Source: the human T2T-CHM13v2.0 reference genome, Homo sapiens
Direction: 5' to 3' (one strand)
Length of the DNA stretch: 64,000 nucleotides
Assembly: GCF_009914755.1 (NCBI RefSeq)
Contig: NC_060926.1
Shown here: positions 1-12,694 of the stretch, one piece after another
Position numbering within the stretch: position 1 is the first letter of the stretch
Layout: every line of letters begins with the position of its first letter
Notes under the pieces: generated by a model
Told to the model about the DNA's origin: nothing
Database searches by the model: none
What the model saw: only the letters and a program-made list of their open reading frames with translations
Translations under genes and position numbers: made by a program

Positions 1-918
1 GACGTGGTTGGAAAGGATGTGGCTGGAGACCCCGGTTGAGAGGTCCCACGCAGTGAGAAGGAATGGAATCGGGACTCACTCAAAAAAGCAATCTGGCCAC
101 ATTTTGGTAGAGTAGCTGTCCTGTGCTTGGTTTCCACTTCAGCCCCTGGTCATCTCAGACACTCTGAAGCCCAAACGCTAGAATGGCTGTTGCCAAGCAG
201 CAAAGTTACCCAAACTTCCTCCTTCTGGGAATGCTGTCCCGGGGGAATTCAGATCTTTGTGGCTGGAGAGCTCAGGCAGGGTTGGCTAGAGGCCCTGGTT
301 GGGAGGTCCTGCCCAGTAAGGAGGAATGGGTAGCTGGGTGGAATTCCAAGACAATGGGTCTTATTTTGTGAGGTGCTGTGGAAGTAAGACCTGTGGGCTG
401 TTGCTTCTCAGCCCCCTGGATTCAGCCTCTTTCCTAGGGGTATGTACAGGAGTCTACCCTCTCACTTTGCAGGAGCTGAAGCTACTTTTTCTGGCAATCC
501 CAAGTATCTAAGTCTCTAGGGTCTATAGGCATGCCTGAGCAGCTGTACTGCTGACACTCCGTGTAGTTCTGTCTGTCTGGTGGGAGACTGAAGTCCCTCA
601 TGGTGTGGGTCCACAAAACAGTCTTCTGACCTGAGGGTTGCAAATATCAGTGGGAGAAGCGCGGTTTCCTGGGGTCACTCATTCACTCACCACTTCTCTG
701 GGCTGGGGAGGATCCCCAGGCTCCACGTCGCTCCCAGGTGGGCCATTGTCCTGTCTTGATTTTCTCTCTTCTCTATGGGTCACATTGTTTCCCTGATTAA
801 TCCCAATGCAAGTACCTGCATATTTCAGTTGAAAGTGTTGTATTTACTTGCCCTTTCTGTTTCTCTCCATGTGAGCCACACACTAGCTGCTCTGGGGTGA
901 GAATCTTGGCTACTCCTT
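1..918 (-). mobile_element. 5' UTR of an older L1PA (L1P3/L1PA11-13-like); the element continues off the left edge
   Basis: The minus strand begins GGAGTAGCCAAGAT...GAGCAGCTAGTGTG...GTAAATACAACACTTTCAACTGAAATATGCAGG, matching a recalled L1P3-type 5' end. It abuts the ORF2 of another L1, suggesting a nested insertion. Confidence 0.75.
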
Positions 919-2814
919 ATTTTTAGTTCTTTAAGGAATCCCCATACTGTTTTCCATAGTGGTTGTTCTACTTTACATTCCCATCAGCAGTGTAAAAGTA
1001 TTGCTTTTCCACCACATCCATGCCCATGTCTATTTTTTTATTATTAAATTATAGCCATTAACACAGGAGTAAAATGGTGTCTCATTGTGGTTTTAATTTG
1101 TATTTCCCTGATTATTAATGATGTAGAGCATTTTTCATATGTTTCTTGGCCATTTATACATCTTCTATTGAGAACTGTCTATTCATGTATTTGGCCACTG
1201 TTTGATGAGATTGTTTTATTCTTGCTGATTTGTTCGAGGTCCTTTTAGATTCTGGATATTAGCCTTTTGTCAGATGCATAGTTTGTGAAAATTTTCTCCA
1301 ACTCTGTGGGTTGTCTGTGTACTCTGCGGTTTCTTTTGCTGTGCAGAAGCTTTTTAGTTTAATTAAATCCCATCTATTTATTTTGTTTTTGTTGCATTTG
1401 CTTTTGGGTTCTTGGTTATGAAGTCTTTGTCTAAGGCAATGTCTAGAAGAGATTTTTTGATATTATGTCTTAGAGTTATTATGGTTTCAGGTCTTAGATT
1501 TCAGTCTTTGATTCATCTTGAATTGATTTTTGTATAAGGTGAGAGAAGAGGATCCAGTTTCATTCTTCTACATGTGGTTTGCCAATTATCCCAGCACCAT
1601 TTGTTGAATGGGGTGATCTTCCACCACTTAATGTTTTTATCTGCTTTGTCAAAGATCAGTTGGTCATAAGTATTTGGCTTTATTTCTGGGTTCTCTTCTA
1701 TTCCATTCATCTATGTGCCTATTTTTATTCCATGCTGTTTTGGTAACTATAGCCTTGTAGTACAGTTTGAAGTCAGGTAATGTGATGTCTCCAGATTTGT
1801 TCTTTTTGCTTAGTCTTGCTTTGGCTATGTGGGCTCTTTTTGGTTTCAGTATAAATTTTAGGATTGTTTTTCTAGTTTGGTGAAGAATGATGATGGTATT
1901 TTGATGGAAATTGCAATGAATCTGTAGATGGCTTTTGTGAGGCTGGTCATTTTTACAATATTAATATTACCTATCTGTGAGTATGGAATATGTTTCCATT
2001 TGTTTGTGTCATCTCTGATTTCTTTCAGCAGTGTTTTACAGTTTTCCCTGTACAGATCTTTCAACTATTTGGTTAATTATATTTCTAAGTATTATATTTT
2101 ATTTTTACAGCTGTAGTGAAAGGGATTGAGTTCTTGATTGGATTCTTAGCTTGGTCATTGTTGGTGTAGAGCAGTGCTACTGATTTGTGTACATTGATTC
2201 TGTATCTTGAAACTTTACTCAATTCATTTACCAGAACTAGGAGCTCTTTAGATGAGACTTTAGGATGTTCTATGTATAAGGTCATATCATCAGCAAACAA
2301 CAACAGTTTGATTACTGATTTACATGCCCTTTTTATTTTTTTCTTGTGTGATTTTTTTTTTTTTTTTTTTTTTGGCTAGGACTTCCAGTACTATGTTAAA
2401 TAGAAGTGGTGAAAGTGGACATTCTTGTCTTATTCCAGTTCTAAAAGGGAATGATTTCAACTTCTCCCCATTCAGGATTATGTTGGCTGTGGGTTTGTAA
2501 TTGATGGCTTTTATTACATTAAGGTATATCCCTTCTATGCCAATTTTGCTGAGGGTTTTAATCATAAACAGATGCTGGATTTTGTTGAATGCTTTTTTTG
2601 TGTCTATTGGTCATATGGTTTTTGTTTTTAATTTTGTTTATATAAGGAATCACATTTATTGACTTGCATGTATTAAACCATCTGTGCATCTCTGCTATGA
2701 AACCCACTGGATCATGATGTACTATCCTTTTGATATGCTGTTGGATTAGGTTAGCTGGTATTTTGTTTAGAATTTTTGTTTCTATGTTCATCAGGGATAT
2801 TGGTCTCTAGTTAT

Positions 2815-2846
<32 letters not shown>

Positions 2847-5800
2847 ATATCCTTTCCTGATTTTGTTATTAGGGTGATAGTGGCTTCATAGAAAAATGTA
2901 GGGAGGATTCCTTCTTAATCTTTCAGCATACTTTCAGCAGGATTGGTAACAAATCATCTTTGAATGTCTGATATAATTCAGCTGTGAATCAATTTCCTTT
3001 TGAAGTTAATCTTTGCTTTCAGTCCACTGTGGTGTAAGAGGATACTTTATATTATTTTGATTTTTAAAAATTTATTGAGACTTGTTTTGTGGCCTATCAT
3101 ATGGTCTATGTTGAAGAATGTTCCACGTGCTGATGAAAACAATGTATATTCTGCAGTTGTTGAGTAGAATGTTCTGTAAATATCTGTTAAATCCATTTGC
3201 TCTCAGGTATAGGTAAAAGCCATCATTTCTTTGTTGACTTTCTGTCTTGATGACCTGTCTAGTCCTGTCAGTGGAGTATTGAAGTCACCCAACATTATTG
3301 TGTTGCCATCTATCTCATTTCTTAGGCATAGTAGTATGGTTTTATGAATTTGGGAGCTCCAGTGGTAGGTGCATATATATTTAAGATTGTGATATTTTCC
3401 TGTTAAGTTAATGCTTTTATTATTATCATATAATGTCCTTCTTTGTTTTTTTTTACCCTGTTGTTGTTTTACAATCTGTTTTGTCTGATACAAAAAGAGC
3501 AAATCCTGCTGGCTTTTAGTTTTCATTTTCATGGAATATCTTTTTCCACCCTTTTACCTTAAGTTTATGTGAGTCCTTATGTGTCAGGTGAGTCTCTTGG
3601 AGACTCTTGGAGACAGCAGATACTTGGTTGGTAAATTTTTATCCATTCTGCCATTCAGTATCTTTTAAGTGGAGCATTTAACCCATTTAAATTCAATGTT
3701 AGTGTTGAGATGTGAGGTACTGTTCTATTCATCATGCTAGTTGTTGCCTAAATATCATGTTTATTTTTCACTGTCTTATTGTTTTATTGGGCCTGTGAGA
3801 TTTCTGCTTTAAGGAGGTCCTATTTTGATGTATTTTGAGGGTTTGTTTCAAGACTTAGAACTCCTTTTAATATTTCTTGTAGTGCTGGCTTGGTAGTGTT
3901 AAATTTGTCTAAAAAACGCTTTATTCTTCATTTATGGAGCTTCGTTTTGCTGGACAAAATTCTTGGCTGACAATTATTTTGTGTAAGGAGACTAAAGATA
4001 GGACCCCAGTTTCTTCTGGCATGTAAGGTTTCTGCTGAGAAATCAGCTGTTAATCTGATAGGTTTTCCTTTACAAGTTACCTGATGCTTTTGTCTCACAG
4101 CTCTTAAGATTCTTTCCTTTATCTTGACTTTAGATAAGCTGATGACTATGTGCCTGGATAATGATCTCTTGGTGAAGAATTTCCCAGGAGTTCTATAAGA
4201 TTCTTGTGTTTGGATGTCTAGATCTCTAGCAAGGCCAGGTAAGTTATCTTCAATTATTCCTTCAAATAAAGTTTTCAAGCTTTTAGATTCTTTTCTTCCT
4301 TAGGAACATCAATTATTCTTAGGTTTGGCTAATAATTTAACATAATCCCAAATTTCTTGGAGATTTTGTTCATTTTTTAAAATTCTTTTTTTCTTTGTCT
4401 TTGTGTGATTGGGTTTATTTAAAAGCCTTGTCTTCAACCTCCATGGTTCTTTTTTCTATGTGTTCTAGTTTATTGTTCACACTTCCCAGTGCATTTAATA
4501 TTTCTCTAAGTGTGATTTTGATTTCCAGAAGTTGTGGTTGTTTTTTCTTCATGATATTTATTTTTCTGTAGAATTTTTCATCCATATTCTCTATTGTTTT
4601 CAAAATTTCTTTCTTCTGGTACCTTCTTGAACAGCTTAATAATCAGCTGTCTGAATTTTTTTACCTGGTAATTTGGAGATTTCTTTTTGATTTGGATCCA
4701 TAGTTGGGGAGCTGGTATGATATTTTGGGGGTGTTATAGAACCCTGTTTTGTCATATTACCAGAATTACCTTTCTGGTTTCCTCTCATTTGGGTAGACTA
4801 TTGAAAAAAATTGTTCTTGAATTTATTTGTGATTGGCCTTTTTTTTTTTTTTTTTTTTTAGTTGTTGTTTTTTCCTCTTAAGGATTAGACTTTAATATTT
4901 ATTTTAGCCGAATTTGAATTTTGGTGCTTGTGTGGGTGAAGACTGTATAATTTTCTTAGTTGCAGAGTCTTTGCATGCTGACTTTCTCCAATGCCTGTTG
5001 TAGTAGTTGTATTTTTTGGTGTGTAGGCGAGTTCTCTGTATGGAGTTGAGATGGTAGGTATCTCTTGAAACTTATCTTGTTCCCTTGTGGTGTATAGTTT
5101 ATTTATTTATTTATTTATTATTTTCCTGGTGTTTTATTTACTGAGTTGATGGTAGGTAATCCTGGGTAGGCACCTGTTGTGGCTAAGGCAGGTGGGTAGA
5201 TGTAATCCTCATTGTTCGGCCAATGTCCCAGCCTTGATGAAAGTTGCTGCAGGAGCTTTTTATTAGATGTGTTGAGGTTTTATCAGGGTGAAGATTAGGA
5301 GCTACCTCAGTTCCCCTGCCAGATCAGCAGAAAAGCCATCCACCTCACAGCCTCACTTTTGTCCCAGTGTTGTGGTTATTCAGATCATACAGGCACCTCT
5401 TCTTGTATATAGGAATGTTGATGTTCCAAGTAGGGAGGAATTATGACTCTGCCTCTAGTGCAGGGCTAAATCTGGAATTCACTACTCCTGTGCAGCTGTA
5501 TTCACCCTGGATTGTTCCAGAAAGGCTGTCTATAGGTGCATCCATGCTGCATTCCTGTGGGGGAAGCCCCAGCTGTGTTTGTGGTGGTATGCCAGTGGAG
5601 AACAAGGACCCCTGCTCCAAGGCCCTTTATGATTATAGGGGCTGCCTGCCTGTTGGGGAATAAGGGCAGACATTCCCTACTTCACCTAGCACTGCAATTG
5701 TGTCTCTGCTGTGAGAAAGAAAGTACCCAAGAGTGGAAAGGTCTGGAACTCAAGACCTACTGTTCAGATTCTTATTCCATGGGGCAATACCTTGATGTGG

Positions 5801-7378
5801 TGGTCTCCTCCTTCCCTTAGTGGGGCTTCCTGAGAGCCAGACTGCAGTGATTGTTATTGCTTTTCTGGGTCTAGTCACCCAGCAGTGCTCCATGCTGGTG
5901 CTGAGGAATATCTGCAAAGAGTCTTGTGATGTGATCCATCTTCAGGTCTCCCAGACAGCCATGTATACCAGCACCTGCTCTAGTGGACGTGGCAGGGGGG
6001 TAGAGTAGACTTGGTGAGAACCCTGGTTGAAGATATGTTTAGTGCTCTGGCTTTCTTGAATGCTGGCTATGCTAGCAGTGAAGTTGTCCATGACTGCTAG
6101 CAACTTCACTGCTAGAATAGCCAGCATTCGAGAAAGGTAACCAGGACCTCTGGTTAGCCAGGATTTTTCAGGCGGTAGAATTAGCTGTTGTTTTTTCCTT
6201 CCTGGGAGCAGAGTTATTCTGTTATGAGTTGCTGTAATGGCAAGAGTTGGTTGGCCTCCAGCCAGGAGGTGGTGCTTTCAATAGAGCATCAGCTGTGGCA
6301 GTAGCAGTGGAATATAAGCTTGACATAAGTTGACCAGGGTAGATATTCTGGTATCTCAGGTGATGCGTGGGGCCATAAAGCTCTCAAGAGTTTTTGTCTT
6401 TTGTGTTCAGCTACCAGCAAGGGTAGAGAAATGTCATCAGGTGGAAAAGGGTTAGGTGATCAGACTCTCCTTGGGTGGGGCTTGCCACAGCCACTGCGGG
6501 AGACGGGGTGTGGCTCTCAGGACAGTGAGGTTATACACCTTAGAGGAGACTATTGCTGTCTTTGCTGTGCCATATAGCTCACCACAGAAGTGGGAGATAG
6601 CCTGTAGCAAAAGATCTCACCCAGCTCCCACACAGTTGGTGAGGCTGGTCTTGCTCCCTGCCCTGCTAATAGCACGAAGTTTAGACCCAGACAGCCTGCC
6701 TGCAGAACACTGATCTTGTTCCAGGCCATAAACTTCCCAGCTGAGAAAGCATGCTTGGCTTTCAGGCCTCTCCCCTTCCAGTCTCCCCAAAATATCGTCG
6801 GTGGCTCCCATGCTTGTCGCTGCAGCAGTTCCTGTTTGCTCCCCAGATTCTACTCAAAAAAGCCTGTGCCCAGTCAAAATTATTACAAAATTTATTCAGA
6901 AGTTTCTTATACCCTGTAACTCCTCCCTAATTCTGGTGGCTGCCTTCCCCAAGGGCCTCTGTGAGATATACTCAGGGATGGCTTTCCTGGGCTCGAGCTT
7001 TGGAGACTGGGAGTGCCTGTAAGGTCTTCCCACTGCTACTTTTACATTTCATATGGCTCCCTAAATCTGTTCCAGCTCTAGGTCAAGTTATGTCCTTCTC
7101 TAGTGATCTGGATTTTCAGATTCCCCAGTGGGGATATGTGTTTGAAGGTAGGTTTTTCCCCTCTCAGATTTCAGGAACACGCAATTTTTCACCTGTCTGG
7201 TGGAATTTGCAGTGGTGTGCCACTTCTTTCAAAGGATTAGTGAATTCTTTTAGTTTTCCTGGTATGTTCCTGCGGTGGCTCTTGAGACAAAAGTTCACCG
7301 TGTGAGTCTCCACACACTGTTCTGTCCATTCAAGTGGGAGCTGCACACCCTGCCTCCTATCTGCTATCTTCCTTCCTT
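919..7378 (-). mobile_element. L1PB-type LINE-1 (5' UTR, ORF1, ORF2 with an internal deletion), decayed
   Basis: ORF1 fragments (GKPIRLTADFSAETL 3928-4278), endonuclease (GDFNTPLT..DRSSRQK 3203-3532) and RT fragments ([21 protein letters not shown]). The 5' end GGAAGATAGCAGATAGGAGGCAGG...GCAGCTCCCAC resembles L1PBa. Confidence 0.9.
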
Positions 7379-7966
7379 CCGTTTTATAATTATGTTTTAA
7401 TTAAAATTTTCATTCAGAAATATCATAGCAATTTATCCATTTATCAGCATTTGTATTTCAATTCATTTACCAATGTAGATTTCCCAGGTCACACAGATCA
7501 TAGCCCATGTTCTTAATTATTATGTTCTTTTTACTGGCCTATATAAATAGTTTGTTAGGTGAATATGTTCACATTTAAAACTTCTTTTATGTTGAAATAT
7601 GGCATACATTTAAAAGAAAAACATATTCCATCCATATTTTTTCATATGAACATTTGCAAAAATAATTATTAAATGATTCCCTTACTGAAAATAACAAAGA
7701 TATTAAAAATCTTTTTAGATTTTATGTTTGTCTTTATAATATTTAAATCACTAGAGTTCTTTTTGTGGCTCATACGTGATATGGAGACCTTTCTTTCCTG
7801 CTTTGGTGGGAATAACAGAGGTAAGTATATTTTTTCAAACATTACCTGTTGAATAACCAATTTTTTCAGCAATTATAAATGCTAACCTATTTATATGGCA
7901 AACCAAAATGCCTTCATCTAGGCCTTTTATTATGCTTATTCATTTATTAACTATAAGTGTATAGAG

Positions 7967-10900
7967 GAAGGAGGCAAAGCAAGATGGCTGAATAGAACTC
8001 TGCAACATTTGTCCCCATGCAGGAACACCAAATTGAACCAACTAGCCATGCAAAAAAGCATCTTTATCAGAAATAAAAATCAGGTGAGTAGTGACAGCAC
8101 CTGGTTCTAACATAATATCTAGGAAAGAGACATTGAAGACTCTTGCATTACCTACATTACCCCTCCCCCATTCCTGGTGTTGTAGGGAGAGAGAATCTGT
8201 GTCCTGGGAGAGGGACAGTGAAGTGAGTGTGGAACTTTGCATTGGAACTCAGTATTGCTCTGTCACAGGGGATCATGACACATGGCTGAATTCTGCTGGT
8301 GCCTGCAGAGGGACCATCTTTGTTAGCCCTGAGCCAAAAAGGAATTCCCCATCTCTGTAGGAGGAATCTGAGTTTAGCTGGCTTCACTGTCGCTGACTAA
8401 AGTGGCCTGGAATCTGGAACAAATTTGAGCAGCAGTCAGGCCACAAGAACTGCAGTCATTGTACAAGCTCTAATGTTTTTCTGGTCTCAAAGAGAGTGGA
8501 CTTGGGGTATGTGTAACCTAGCATGACACCAGCTGAGGTAGCCAAGGGAGTGCTTGCATCATTCCTCCTCCAACTCTAGACAATGCAGCTCAGTGAGAGA
8601 CTCCTTGTGCTTGCGGTAATAAGAGGAAAGAGTACAGGGAACTTAGTATTGCAACTTGTGTACTAGCTCAGCCACAGTAAAATAAGGCATGAAGCAGATT
8701 CCTGAAGCCTCCAATTTCAGGCCTTAGCTTCTGGATGGCATTTCCAGATGCACCCCAGGCCAGAAGAAAATCAATTGCCTTTAAAGAAAGAATGTAGACC
8801 TGGCAGAATTCACCACCACATATAAAAAAGCCCCTTGGCTTTGAATAAACATCAGCGATAGTCAGGCAGTAGTTGCCATGGGCCTTGGGCAAGACCCAGT
8901 ACTGTGCTGGCTTCAGGTATGACCCAGTGCAGTGCCAGCTACAGCATCCGTGGGAATGCTAACATAACCTCTTCTCTAATTCCAGGCAGCACAGTGCATA
9001 GAAACTCCTTCAGTTACGGAAAAAAAGAGGAAAGGCGTGAGACACTTTGCCTGGTTACTATGGGAATTCTCACTTATCTTACCCGAGTCCACCAAGGTGG
9101 CACCCCCAGGAGTCAGCAAGAGTTGCAGCATTACTGGGCTTGGTGTGCCCCCAATGCCAATATGGTTGCAGCGACTACAGGCTTAGAGCATAACACTCAA
9201 TTCCCTTTGAATACTTAGAAAGCTTTCTCAAGAAGGATGGCTACAAACAAGTCAATACTGAAATACCTAACTCTTCGATGCCTAGACATCAGCAAACATC
9301 CTCAAGTATCAAGAACATTCAGAAAATCATGACATCGCTGAGAAAACTAAATCAGCACCAGTCACAAATCTCAGAGTGTTGGAGATATGTGACTATTGAG
9401 ACAGATAATTCAATATAGCTGTCTTAAGAAAGCTCAGCAAACTTGAAGATAACACAGAGAAGGAATGCAGAGTTCTGTCAGAGAAATTTAACAAATAGAT
9501 TGAAAAAATTTTTAAGAAGTAAGCACAAATTCCGGAGCTAAAATATCCAATTGAAAAGCTGAAAATTGCATCAGAGTCTCTCAACAGCAGAACTGACAAA
9601 GCAGAAGAAAAAATGAGTCAGCTTGAAGACAGACTATATGAAAATACACAATCAGAGGAGAATAAATAATAAAAAATAGATCAGGGTAAACATTTTAATC
9701 AAAGAAATAATAATAGAGAACTTTTAACACCTACAGAAAGATATAAATATCCAGGTAAAAGAAGGCCATAAAACACCAAGCAGATGCAACCCAAATAAGA
9801 CTACCTCAAGGCATGTAATAATCAAACTCTCAAAGGTCGTGGATAAAGAAAGGACTCTAAAAGCAGCAAGAGAAGAGAGTGCAATGACATATTGAAAGTG
9901 CTGAAGGAAAATAAAAGTCCAACCTAGAATATTATGACAGCAAAATTATTCTACAGTTATGACAGAAATAAAGACTTTCCCAGAAAAAAAGAAGCTGAGG
10001 GATTTCATCAACACTAGATTTGTCTTACAAAAACTGCTAAAGGGAGTTCTACAATCCAAAAAAAAAAAAAAAAAAGGATGCTAACAACAAGAAATCATTT
10101 GAAAGTATAAAATTCAGTGGTAATAGTAAGTACACAGACAAATATAGAATAACACTATAATAGTGGTGGTGTAAACCACTCATATCATTAGTAGGAAGAC
10201 AAAAAGACAAACCTATGAAAAAAAAACTCCAACAATTTTTAGGAGATAGGCCATATAAATAATTAAATAGAGAAAGCAAAAAGTCAGAAAGCAGGGGAGA
10301 ATGAGGTTAAAATGTAGAGTTTCTTAGGTTTTCTTTTTTTGCTTTTCTCTTTTCTTATAATAAAAGTTGAGTTGTCATCAGTTTAAAATAATTGGCTATA
10401 GTATGTTATTTGCAAGCCTCATGGTAGCCACAAACCAAAAAACCTATAACCAATACACAAAAAACAAAAAGCAAGAAAGTAAAATATAGTACAAGAGAAA
10501 ATCACTTTTATACAAAAGACAGGAAGGAAGGAAGGAAGGAGGGAGGGAAGGAAGGAAGGAAGGAGGGAAGGAAGGAAGGAAGGAAGGAAGGAAGGAAGGA
10601 AGGAAGGAAGGAAGGAAGGAAGGGCCAATGAAACAACTAGGAAACAAATTACAAAATGGCAGAAGTAAGACCTTACCTATCAATAATAACATTGAAAGTA
10701 AATGAACTAAATTACCCAATCCAAAGACAAAGAGTGGGTGAATGTATTAAGAATATTTGCAAAGAACCCATTTAACAAGAGATTAATAACCAAAATATAT
10801 AAGGAGCGCAGTATCTCAACAGAAACAAAACTGATAATCTGATTGAAAAGTAGACAAAAGCTCTGAATAAACATTTCTCAAAAAAGTACATACAAATGAC

Positions 10901-11860
10901 CCTTAGGTACATTACAAATTGCTCAATGTTATTAATTATCAGAAAATGCAATCCAAAACCACAATGAGATATATCACCCCAGTTAAAACGACTCTTATCC
11001 AAAAGAGATGCAATAACGAATGCTGATAAGGATTTGGAGAAAGGAGAACGCTTATACACTGTTGGTGGAAAAGTAAATCAGTATAGCCACTATGAATAAC
11101 CTTATAAAATTCCTCAAAAAACTAAAAATAGAACTACCATGTAATCCATCGATCCCACTGCTGAGTGTATATTCAGAAGAAAGAAAACCATTATATCAGA
11201 GTTATCTGCACTCCCATGTTTCTTGCAGCACTATTCACAGTAGTCAAAATATGGAAGCAACCCATGTGTTCATCAGTGGATTATTGGATGAAAAAGAAGT
11301 ATGTGTGTGTGTGTGTGTGTGTGTCTGTGTCTGTGTCTGTGTGTATGAACAATAGAATATTATTCATCCATAAAAAAAGAATAAAATCCTGTCATTTGCA
11401 AGAACATAGATGGGCTGGAAAACATTATGTTGTTTGAAATAAGCCAGGCACAGAAAGACAAATATCACATAGTGTCAATTGCATGTGAGAGCTAAAAAAG
11501 AAAATTTAACTCATGGAGATCGAATGTGAAATAATGTTTGCCAGAGGAGGGGAAGTGTAATGAGGAGGAATGGATAAATTGTGGATGGCTAGTGGGTGCA
11601 AAAATATAGTTAGTAGAATGAAGAAAATCTAGTATTCAGTAGTACTATAGGGTGACTATAGTTAACAGTCATTTATTGAATATTTTACAATAACTCTAAG
11701 TGTGGAATTGGAATGTTGCTCACACAAAGAAGTGATAAAGACTTGAGGTGATGGATACCTTAATTACCCTTATTTGATTATTATGCATTGTATGCCTTTA
11801 TGAAAACATTACATGTACCCTATATATACAACTATTATGTGCTCATAATAATTATAAATA
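7967..11860 (+). mobile_element. L1MA-type LINE-1 with both ends intact and most of ORF2 deleted
   Basis: 5' start GCAAGATGGCTGAATAG and ORF1 remnants. The ORF2 start is joined to the ORF2 C-terminus near 10750, followed by an L1MA 3' UTR. TSD ATAAGTGTATAGAG (7953-7966) / ATAAGTTTATGGAG (11858-11871). Confidence 0.85.
10521..10622 (+). repeat. (GGAA)n microsatellite, 14 consecutive units at 10566-10621
   Basis: Read directly; it sits within the L1MA upstream of the ORF2 start. Confidence 0.97.
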
Positions 11861-11918
11861 AGTTTATGGAGTTTTAAAATATCTGCTGGAATATTTCATC
11901 TATATAATGTATAATACA

Positions 11919-12166
11919 TTTTATATTATAGATTTGTGTGTGTACGTCTATACATAGAGATGTACACACACATATGGATATACCTTATTAAGTATATATT
12001 GGTAATATGTCATAAAGACCCAGCCAAGTATATTATGTTTTTATATTATAGATGTGTGTGTGTACATCTTACATATAGATGTACACACACACATATGCAT
12101 ATACCTTATTAAGTATATATTGGTAATATATCATAATGACCCAGCCAAGTATATTATGTTTTTATA
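11919..12166. repeat. ~120-bp tandem duplication (2 copies)
   Basis: TTTTATATTATAGAT...GACCCAGCCAAGTATATTATGTT occurs twice head-to-tail. Confidence 0.92.
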
Positions 12167-12278
12167 CTAATAAAAACTAGGTATCTCCAAAATGTCAAAC
12201 ATACAAAAAAGTGGGTAAATAAATCACAGTAAAACCATACAATAAAATGTAGCATTTACAAAGCATGTGGGTACATAC

Positions 12279-12694
12279 TATCAAAGAAAAATTAGAAAGA
12301 TGGACAGCAGTTAAAGTGGTAAAAACTGATTTTATTCAGGAATATTGCAATATGGAAAAAGATATTTTAGCACAGAATTTGCCTCAGTTCTAAAAACAGC
12401 ATAGGAATTGAAAATTTGTAGGCAAGTAACATGATAGAGGTCAGTGTGGATGGTAAATTACTAAGAGGAAACCTCAGGGAGAGGGGAAATCTGGCTAATT
12501 CCACCTAACAGGATTATTGCTGAAGATAGGCTAATCAGACATCATTTGGGGGTGGTCAAGGATGAGAACCTGATTAGGTATTGAGGACGATCAGATAAGG
12601 AGAACGAGAGGTTCTTGTTAGATTGACTTAGCAGGGGGCTGAGTCAAATAAATGTTCAGTAGGATAAATAACATTTGGAAAAGAATCCTTGTCA
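12279..12694 (-). mobile_element. MER31-like ERV1 solo LTR
   Basis: T(A)TCAAAGAAAAA...GATTTTATTCAGG...GAATCCTTGTCA resembles the reverse complement of MER31. 4-bp flanks ATAC/GTAC. Confidence 0.7.
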
